Below are positions 37,145 through 44,344 of a stretch of 52,975 bases of DNA, piece by piece. Below the pieces are notes generated by a model that worked only from the letters and a program-made list of their open reading frames with translations, was not told the DNA's origin and did no database searches. Source of the stretch: Bacilli bacterium (GTDB lineage: Bacteria > Bacillota_I > Bacilli_A > RF39 > UBA660); assembly GCA_036658935.1 (NCBI GenBank), contig JAVXDN010000001.1, positions 1-52,975 on the forward strand, given 5' to 3'. Numbering within the stretch: the first letter of the stretch is position 1; every line of letters starts with the position of its first letter. The translations under genes and the position numbers were made by a program.

Positions 37145-38046
37145 TTATTTTCCTCGTTTTTTAATATATCACAGAAACTTTCTAATCTAGTTATTAATCC
37201 TGCGTTTTCTGATAGTTCATCAAATATTATATTTATTATAGGAATGTTTTTAACTTTTCTTAAAATCATTTCATTAACTAAAGAATCATTTCCACAAGGG
37301 AAAGCACTTATTAATATTATTCCATCTACTTTTTTAATATCATTAATTAATGAATTAACATAAATTTTATTATATGAAAAATACATAGTTGGCATTAATT
37401 TTTTATATAATTTTTTATTTTTAGTGTTATTAGTTGATAATATTACTTCCAAACCTTCATTATTTAGAAAGTCTATTAGGAATCCTCCAATAAATTCTTC
37501 TTTTAAATTATAACTGTGACCTACTAAAAGTATTTTTTTTCTAGTACTTGAAAAAGATAATGATCTTATAGCGTATTGTTTTTGTTTTTTTTCTCTAACA
37601 GTTCTTTTAGCATTTACGTATGCTTTTTTAGCTTTAGAATACGATATTCCAAGTGTTTGAGCTATATTCATAAATTCACTATATTCATTTTTATTATTTT
37701 TTATATCTAAATTATAATCTAATAATTTTTGTTTTTTAAATATATTTGATGTTATATCATATAACGCATTAAAGTTAGTGCAAACAACCCCAGTTTTTTC
37801 TATACTTCCAATTCTAGGAACTAATATATACTCACATTTATCTTTTAAATAGTCCACGTGTCCTATAAATATTTTTAAAGATAAACATGCTTCATCATTC
37901 ATAAGATGCGTTCCTCTAGCTATTATTTTTTTATTAGTTATGGGACTTAATATATAACTTATATCTAAATTATCAAAGAAAGAACACCAGAATTCTCCAT
38001 ATTCATAGTATAGTAAAGCTCGTGGAATACCTATAGTAGTTTTCAT
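37141..38046 (-). CDS. DUF2229-like subunit (CoA enzyme activase uncharacterised domain)
   Basis: N-terminus IGIPRALLYYEYGEFWCSFFDNL matches the DUF2229 signature as I recall it; 4-nt overlap with the next gene. Confidence 0.6.
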   Translation of the reverse strand: MKTTIGIPRALLYYEYGEFWCSFFDNLDISYILSPITNKKIIARGTHLMNDEACLSLKIFIGHVDYLKDKCEYILVPRIGSIEKTGVVCTNFNALYDITSNIFKKQKLLDYNLDIKNNKNEYSEFMNIAQTLGISYSKAKKAYVNAKRTVREKKQKQYAIRSLSFSSTRKKILLVGHSYNLKEEFIGGFLIDFLNNEGLEVILSTNNTKNKKLYKKLMPTMYFSYNKIYVNSLINDIKKVDGIILISAFPCGNDSLVNEMILRKVKNIPIINIIFDELSENAGLITRLESFCDILKNEENK

Positions 38047-38175
38047 TTTATTTATCTCCTATATAAGTATATTATGGTTTTAATTTTTAAGAACTTTTAT
38101 AATTTCACATGATAAGAAGTAATTTGTTTAAGTAAATAATAGGTGAATGTAGTATAATATTAATGTGAGGGAAAT

Positions 38176-39420
38176 ATGAAGGAAGAAAATAATAATTGGT
38201 TTAAATTAGATAATGCTGGAAAATTATTTGCTTCATCTACTTGTAAGAATGATGAAAAAGTTTTTCGTGTTGTTGCTACAATGAAATATATTATAGATCC
38301 AATAGTATTACAAAATGCACTTTTGGAAACTCTTGTATTGTTTCCTATGTATAAATCAACCTTAAGAGCTGGATTTTTTTGGTATTATTTAGAAGAAACT
38401 GATATAAAGCCTATAGTAAGAGAGGAATATAAACCTATATGTTCTAAGATTTTAGATAAGGATAATAAGAGTTTGTTGTTTGAAGTAACATATTTTCATA
38501 AGAGAATTAATTTAGAAGTACATCATTCTTTGTCTGATGGAACTGGAGCGATGGATTTTTTAAAAGAATTAATTTATAATTATATAAAAATTAAATATAA
38601 TAAAAATATACCTAGTGTTGGTAATAATGCATCTAATGTACAAATGAGTACTGATAGTTTTGATAAATATTATAATAAAAAGAAGAAGTTTAGAACCGGA
38701 AATTCTCATAGAGCTTATCAGTTAAAATTTGATAAGGCAGAGGAAAATTCTATAATAGAAGGTATAGTTAATTTAAAACAAGTTCTAGAAATTGCACATA
38801 AGAAAAATGTTTCATTAACTGTTTTGATTGCATCTATTCTTATTTATTCAGTGAGACAAACTGCAAAAGTAAGAGATAAGAATAAGCCTATTATATTATC
38901 TATACCTGTGAATTTAAGAAATTATTTTGAATCTTCATCTACTAGAAACTTTTTTAATATTGTTCAAATTGGATATAGTTTTAAAAAAGGTAATAATGAT
39001 ATAGACAGTATAATAGAATTTATTAATGCTAAATTTGATAAAATGCTTAATAAAGATAGTGTTGAAGGTCAAATGAATAGAATGGCTTTTTTAGAACATA
39101 ATTTGGTATTAAGAGCGATACCTTTGCCTCTCAAAGATTTCTTTATTAATTTATTTACTTTTTTTACTGATAGAAATGTTACATTGTCTTTATCTAATGT
39201 AGGAGTAGTTAAATTAGATAAAGAATATGATAAGTATGTATCGGGTTTTAGTGGATATCAAAGTAGTAGTAGAATGCAAGCGATTATGATTTCTTATAAA
39301 GAAAATTTATCTATTTGTTTTTCTTCGAATTTTATTAGTAAAGAAATAGAAAAGAATTTCTTTAGAACTTTAAGTTCTATGGGAGTTGATATAAGTGTTA
39401 TTACAAGTGAGGTTAATTAA
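38176..39420 (+). CDS. Condensation-domain-like acyltransferase (HHxxxDG; alcohol acetyltransferase / PapA5 / WS-DGAT-like)
   Basis: 414 aa; catalytic motif HHSLSDGTG; N-terminal WFKLDNAGKLF. Confidence 0.65.
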   Translation: MKEENNNWFKLDNAGKLFASSTCKNDEKVFRVVATMKYIIDPIVLQNALLETLVLFPMYKSTLRAGFFWYYLEETDIKPIVREEYKPICSKILDKDNKSLLFEVTYFHKRINLEVHHSLSDGTGAMDFLKELIYNYIKIKYNKNIPSVGNNASNVQMSTDSFDKYYNKKKKFRTGNSHRAYQLKFDKAEENSIIEGIVNLKQVLEIAHKKNVSLTVLIASILIYSVRQTAKVRDKNKPIILSIPVNLRNYFESSSTRNFFNIVQIGYSFKKGNNDIDSIIEFINAKFDKMLNKDSVEGQMNRMAFLEHNLVLRAIPLPLKDFFINLFTFFTDRNVTLSLSNVGVVKLDKEYDKYVSGFSGYQSSSRMQAIMISYKENLSICFSSNFISKEIEKNFFRTLSSMGVDISVITSEVN

Positions 39421-39422
39421 TT

Positions 39423-40088
39423 ATGAAATACTGTGAAAAATGTAAGTTAAAGATTATGCAAGATATTAAGTATTGTCCATTATGTAAAAGTATTTTAATA
39501 GAAAAGGAAAAGTCTGATTATGATACTATATTTCCTATTAGAAAAAAACAAAGTACAGGATATTTAGCTTATAAAATTATGTTTTTTGTTTCTTTGTTAA
39601 TTTGTTTTGTTACATTTTTTATTAATATATTTTTTCCTGGATATGGATGGTGGAGTTTATTTGTAATCGCTGCGATTGCATGTGCTTGGGTTAGTTTAAT
39701 TTATGTAGTTAAAAATAGAAGAAATGTTATTAAAACAATATTTTATCAGGTGTTAATATTTTATTTAGTTGTTCTATTATGGGATTTAATTACTGGTTGG
39801 AAGGGCTGGAGTTTAACTTATGCCGTACCTTCATTTATAACTGGAACTCTTATCACTATTTTTGTTTTACTCCTTTGTATAAAGGAAGATAAAAATCAAA
39901 ATTTATTTTATTATTGTTTGGAGAGTATATTTGGACTTAGTTTTATATTATTTATTATTTTTAAAGTAGTATCAAATATTATTCCATCATTTATTTGTGT
40001 GTTAGTTAGTATTACTTCAATATTAGTAAGTATTGTGTTTTATAGAAAAACAGTTATAAGAGAAATTCAAAAAAAGACTCATTTATAA
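39423..40088 (+). CDS. Zinc-ribbon polytopic membrane protein (DUF6320-like)
   Basis: N-terminal CEKCKLK...YCPLCKS ribbon followed by about 5 TMs; 2-nt gap after the acyltransferase gene. Confidence 0.5.
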   Translation: MKYCEKCKLKIMQDIKYCPLCKSILIEKEKSDYDTIFPIRKKQSTGYLAYKIMFFVSLLICFVTFFINIFFPGYGWWSLFVIAAIACAWVSLIYVVKNRRNVIKTIFYQVLIFYLVVLLWDLITGWKGWSLTYAVPSFITGTLITIFVLLLCIKEDKNQNLFYYCLESIFGLSFILFIIFKVVSNIIPSFICVLVSITSILVSIVFYRKTVIREIQKKTHL

Positions 40089-40100
40089 TGAGTTTTTTTT
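40071..40100. terminator. Bidirectional terminator between convergent operons
   Basis: AAAAAGACTCAT-ttata-ATGAGTTTTTTTT; spans the 10-nt gap between the stops at 40088 and 40099. Confidence 0.55.
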
Positions 40101-41172
40101 AATTGAATTTTAATATTGAACTATTGTTTATAATTGATGTATTGTATAGAAATATGATATCTTTGTTATTAAAGTTTATTATTTCTTTTATTACACTCAT
40201 GCTTATATATCTTAAATCTATAAGAGTTATTTTACTATAGTTCTCTATTAATAATGGTGCTAAGGAACTGGTAAAAGAATCTCTAAATATAATTAATTCT
40301 CTATTATTATTTTGTTTATTATTGTTGAGTGTTACAAGTGAAGTAGGACCAGATAGAAATATATTATATGAATCTATTTTATTTAATTCATCTTTTTTAT
40401 AAATAGTATTTCCTTTGTTTTTTTCATAGTGTGTTACTTTTACGTTATCTACTATATCATTTGTTAAATATGTTAAAGTATCTTTTTCAATATTTAATGC
40501 TGCTTTACTATATAAAGCTCCTGTAAAATTATTATAGTTATTTTCTTTATAATTAAAAGTAAAGTTTTGATTTAATGCTTTTCCTAAAGTATTGAGTACT
40601 TCTTTTAAGTTTTCTTGTCTCCAATGGATATCTGTTTTATAATAATCTTTTAAGCTAAGAGAAGATGTAATATCTATATATTTTGTATTTATTTTCGATA
40701 ATTTATTAATCATTAAATCATAATCTAATTTTAAATGTGTATCGTTTAAGTAGTAGTTTTTATCAGGTATAATACTATAATATATATTATTATTTGTAGA
40801 GTTAATATCTATGAAGTTATTAACATTTTTAATATAGTTGTTTATAGCTTGTTCATTTAATTTATAATTCATTTCAAATATATAATTATCTTTTATAAAT
40901 ATATTATTGTTGTCAGTTGAGGCAAATAAATATTTATTTGTTAATGCTTTTATATTTCTAAAATTATCTCTTAATGGAAAATGATCTAATATATAGTTAT
41001 CTAGTGAGGTGAAGTATGATCCATCTATTACTTTATTAAATGTAGGAGATGGAAAAGATGCTAAATGTCTTCTTTCTGAAACTGATATATCTTTATCTTT
41101 TAATATTATGCTAAATATTAATCCCATGAATAGTACTATAGAGAATAATATTGTTGTTATTTTATTTTTCAT
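40099..41172 (-). CDS. DHHW / AlgJ-AlgX-like SGNH-fold O-acyltransferase partner protein
   Basis: N-terminal TM, SERRHLASFP segment, D-x-H-W motif (KTDIHWRQE); immediately downstream of an MBOAT gene. Confidence 0.6.
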   Translation of the reverse strand: MKNKITTILFSIVLFMGLIFSIILKDKDISVSERRHLASFPSPTFNKVIDGSYFTSLDNYILDHFPLRDNFRNIKALTNKYLFASTDNNNIFIKDNYIFEMNYKLNEQAINNYIKNVNNFIDINSTNNNIYYSIIPDKNYYLNDTHLKLDYDLMINKLSKINTKYIDITSSLSLKDYYKTDIHWRQENLKEVLNTLGKALNQNFTFNYKENNYNNFTGALYSKAALNIEKDTLTYLTNDIVDNVKVTHYEKNKGNTIYKKDELNKIDSYNIFLSGPTSLVTLNNNKQNNNRELIIFRDSFTSSLAPLLIENYSKITLIDLRYISMSVIKEIINFNNKDIIFLYNTSIINNSSILKFN

Positions 41173-41181
41173 TTTACCTCC

Positions 41182-42570
41182 TTAAAACCTAAAGTATAGA
41201 AATGGATTGAATGATGAATCAATTAAGAATGCTGTAACTACTAGTAATATAATAATTAATATGAATGGTTCTAATATCTTTATTATTTTGTTATCTTTAT
41301 ATTTATTGTATATATTTTTAATTAATGGAGTAGATGAGATAATTGAAATTAATAATATTACTATATAACTTCTAAAGAAGTATAATGTTTCATTTGTAAT
41401 TAATGGTAAATTATTAAATCCAAACATTGATTTTAAGTATGTAAATATTTCCAATATATTATTTGAATTAAATATTATAAAGCTTATTAATATTATAAAT
41501 AATGTATATATATGAGATATTACTTTATGTTTATCTAGATATTTTTTTAAGAATATTTTTTCTATTAATAAAATTACTGCAAAGAATAATCCCCATATAC
41601 AAAAGTTCCAACTAGCACCATGCCATAAGCCAGTTATTAACCATACTATTAGTATATTTCTTATATATTTAGGTTTTGAAACTCTACTTCCTCCTAGAGG
41701 AATATATATATAATCTTTTAACCAACTTGATAATGATATATGCCATCTTCTCCAAAAGTCTGTAATTGATGAAGAAATAAATGGATAATTAAAGTTTTCT
41801 AAAAATTTAAAACCAAACATTGAACCTAGTCCTATAGCCATGTCACTGTATCCTGAAAAATCAAAGTATATTTGTAGAGTGAATGCGACTGCATTTAACC
41901 AATAGGTAGTGATTGATGGATTAATTACATCAAATAATGTTGTACTAAGTACTCCTAAAGTATTTGCAATTAATACTTTTTTTGAAAGGCCAATAATAAA
42001 TCTTTTTATACCATATGAAAATTTATCAAATGAAGTTTCTCTATTATTTAATTCATTATGTATTGTTTCATATCTAACTATAGGTCCCGCTACTAATTGA
42101 GGAAAAAGACAAATATAAGTAGCGAATGATAATATATTTTTTTCTACATTTACTTTTCTTTTATAAACATCTATTACATATGATAATGCTTGAAAAGTAA
42201 AAAAACTAATTCCTAAAGGTAAGGCAATATGTAAAAGAGAAAAGTTTGTACTGAATATTGAATTTATATTAGTTATTAAAAAGTCTGTATATTTAAAATA
42301 GATAAATAACGATACATTAGATATTACACATAAAGTTAATAATATCTTTTTTAAATTTATTTTATTAGTTTTATCTATTAGTATGGCAAAAGTATAATTA
42401 ATTAAGCATGATAATATTAATAACCATAAATAATCTGCTTCTCCATAAAAATAGAATAAAAGACTAAATAAAAGAAGAACTATGTTTTTGTATTTCTTAG
42501 GAGCTAAAAAGTATACTAATAAAAGTATGCTTAAAAAGAAATATATAAATGTTATGCTTGAAAATACCAT
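41182..42570 (-). CDS. MBOAT family membrane O-acyltransferase (AlgI/DltB/PatA-like), copy 1
   Basis: FWRRWHISLSSWLKDYIYIPLGG and catalytic-His context GLWHGASW; 462 aa polytopic. Confidence 0.9.
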   Translation of the reverse strand: MVFSSITFIYFFLSILLLVYFLAPKKYKNIVLLLFSLLFYFYGEADYLWLLILSCLINYTFAILIDKTNKINLKKILLTLCVISNVSLFIYFKYTDFLITNINSIFSTNFSLLHIALPLGISFFTFQALSYVIDVYKRKVNVEKNILSFATYICLFPQLVAGPIVRYETIHNELNNRETSFDKFSYGIKRFIIGLSKKVLIANTLGVLSTTLFDVINPSITTYWLNAVAFTLQIYFDFSGYSDMAIGLGSMFGFKFLENFNYPFISSSITDFWRRWHISLSSWLKDYIYIPLGGSRVSKPKYIRNILIVWLITGLWHGASWNFCIWGLFFAVILLIEKIFLKKYLDKHKVISHIYTLFIILISFIIFNSNNILEIFTYLKSMFGFNNLPLITNETLYFFRSYIVILLISIISSTPLIKNIYNKYKDNKIIKILEPFILIIILLVVTAFLIDSSFNPFLYFRF

Positions 42571-42594
42571 AGTTCCTCCAGTTTTAGTAAATAA

Positions 42595-43059
42595 TTATTT
42601 TAAATCTTTAAAATTCTTTTCTATTGTTTCTCTATTTTCATTAACCATTATTAAAAGAATTAAGTTTCCTTTTGATAATACTCTAACGTCTTCTTTTGGT
42701 ACTTCTACACATATCCATTTTCTTGGATTCACTTTTTCTTGTATTTCTTTTTTAGCTTTTTCTATATCTGCATTATCATTCATACGTATTAATACTACAG
42801 AATGTGGAATTGATCCTATCATTGGTTCTGATGCTATCGCTTCTTTATAGTCTAGGGATTCTACTCCTAAATATGAAGATAGATTTTCTTTAGTTACATC
42901 TGCATTCATAAGTTTTGGTAGATTGTCTTCTTTAATTCCAGAATACATTTTAGACATAATGTCTTTTAAGTCTCCTTCGATATTTTTCTCTCCTTGGTTA
43001 CATCCAGTAAGTAGTAAAGCTAGTAAAGCACTTAGGACAATTATTGATATTTTTTTCAT
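42595..43059 (-). CDS. Lipoprotein (DUF4358-like)
   Basis: Lipobox LLLTGC at residues 15-20; domain of about 130 aa resembling the DUF4358 proteins I recall as common next to MBOAT/DHHW pairs in Clostridia. Confidence 0.5.
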   Translation of the reverse strand: MKKISIIVLSALLALLLTGCNQGEKNIEGDLKDIMSKMYSGIKEDNLPKLMNADVTKENLSSYLGVESLDYKEAIASEPMIGSIPHSVVLIRMNDNADIEKAKKEIQEKVNPRKWICVEVPKEDVRVLSKGNLILLIMVNENRETIEKNFKDLK

Positions 43060-43071
43060 GTTACCTCCTTA

Positions 43072-43494
43072 TTAGTTACATTTTGAAAAAATTTTTAGTT
43101 CTTTGTCTTTTAAGACAAGTAGTGTATCTTTGTCTAATTTATTTTTATATACTCTATGTCCTTTTAAAGGTTTATCTTTTATTGTAAAAAGATAGTTTCC
43201 TTTATTTTGTTTTAATGAAATATTATTAGTATCAATAAAACAATTATCTTTATAATGAATTATGTCATTTGTTCTTTTTAAGGTCGCTACAGGAGTGGAA
43301 TCATCATTATAAATTTGTTTTGGGATAAATAAAGTTATACAAAAACTTATTAGAACAACAAAAACCCCTAGTGGAATAAAAGATAAAAACGGGCTTATTT
43401 TTTTATGATTTAAAATGTTATTAAGCATTTTATCTTTTGATTCTTTGTCTGGAAGAATTGTATTTAGTGCATTTTTTATATTTTTATTTTGCAT
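43072..43494 (-). CDS. Single-pass membrane protein, candidate anti-sigma factor
   Basis: Overlaps the sigma gene 3' end. It has a cytoplasmic N-terminus of about 40 aa, one TM and an exodomain of about 80 aa. No ZAS HxxxCxxC motif. The start is ambiguous (43503/43500/43494). Confidence 0.4.
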   Translation of the reverse strand: MQNKNIKNALNTILPDKESKDKMLNNILNHKKISPFLSFIPLGVFVVLISFCITLFIPKQIYNDDSTPVATLKRTNDIIHYKDNCFIDTNNISLKQNKGNYLFTIKDKPLKGHRVYKNKLDKDTLLVLKDKELKIFSKCN

Positions 43495-43975
43495 ATACAT
43501 CATCCTTTTGTAAAATATTTTTAAGAAGTTCTCGTCCTCTTCTTAAATATGATCTAACTGTTGATGCGTTTATATTTAATTTTGTTGCAATTTCATCACT
43601 TGTATAACCTTCATAATAGTACATATAAATTATTATTTTATATTTTTTAGGAAGGGATAACAATATATTTAATGTTTCATCTGTATGATCATTAATTGGT
43701 AGAATTTCATTATCTATATTTTTGTTTTTTCTATACCAAGTTTTTAAAGAATTTTTACAATGATTTGATGCACTAAGAACTAGCCATGCCTCTAAGTGTT
43801 CTTCGTTTTCGTATATTTTATTAGCTCGTATAAATTTTTCAAAAACAGTTGAGACTGCATCTTCTGTATCATCTTTGTTTTTCATATATAAATAGCAAAT
43901 CCTATATATTTTATCAACATATTTATTATAAACTTCAACAATCTCTTTGTTCGATCTAAACAAAGAGTTGGACAT
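43484..43975 (-). CDS. ECF-type RNA polymerase sigma-70 family factor
   Basis: 163 aa; region 2 (DDTEDAVSTVFEKFIR) and region 4 HTH (YTSDEIATKLNINASTVRSYLRRGRELL). Confidence 0.8.
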   Translation of the reverse strand: MSNSLFRSNKEIVEVYNKYVDKIYRICYLYMKNKDDTEDAVSTVFEKFIRANKIYENEEHLEAWLVLSASNHCKNSLKTWYRKNKNIDNEILPINDHTDETLNILLSLPKKYKIIIYMYYYEGYTSDEIATKLNINASTVRSYLRRGRELLKNILQKDDVYAK

Positions 43976-44090
43976 TTAAACCACTCCCTCCATATACTAA
44001 ACAATTATATATATAAGTTTGTTGCATTATATTTTGTTTCTTTATATATTTTAACTTGTTTTATGATATTTTGAAAGGTTTATATGTATA

Positions 44091-44135
44091 TTCTTAAGTA
44101 GAAAGTTATGTATTTACTTGATAATTACTTAAGAA
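44091..44135. repeat. Perfect 10-bp inverted repeat in the divergent control region
   Basis: TTCTTAAGTA (44091-44100) and TACTTAAGAA (44126-44135), separated by 25 nt. Confidence 0.85.
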
Positions 44136-44175
44136 AAAGTGATAATGAATATATAAAAGTTATTGTTTTATTAGT

Positions 44176-44204
44176 TTGCAACTAAAAAGTGCTTAAATTA
44201 ATAT
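44176..44204 (+). promoter_or_regulatory. Candidate sigma-A promoter for the ATPase/Dlt-like operon
   Basis: TTGCAA (44176-44181), 17-nt spacer, TAATAT (44199-44204); would give a 5' UTR of about 140 nt. Confidence 0.3.
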
Positions 44205-44344
44205 AAAAGTTATTTACTGTAACTATATATAAATGTTATTATTTATTAAAGGAATGTATTAGTATATTACACCTTTGTAAGAAATATTGTGTTAAATTAT
44301 TTTAAATGTTATTATTATGTGGCTAAAGAGAGGTGAATAGTAGA

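Noticed and set aside
43976-44344. A DltX-like small ORF ahead of the Dlt-like genes. The only candidate is a 25-aa ORF at 44108-44185 (MYLLDNYLRKSDNEYIKVIVLLVCN)
   Set aside because: It has no convincing RBS and is too short for a TM plus the conserved aromatic C-terminal motif of DltX. It also overlaps the inverted repeat and the candidate promoter. It is probably non-coding.
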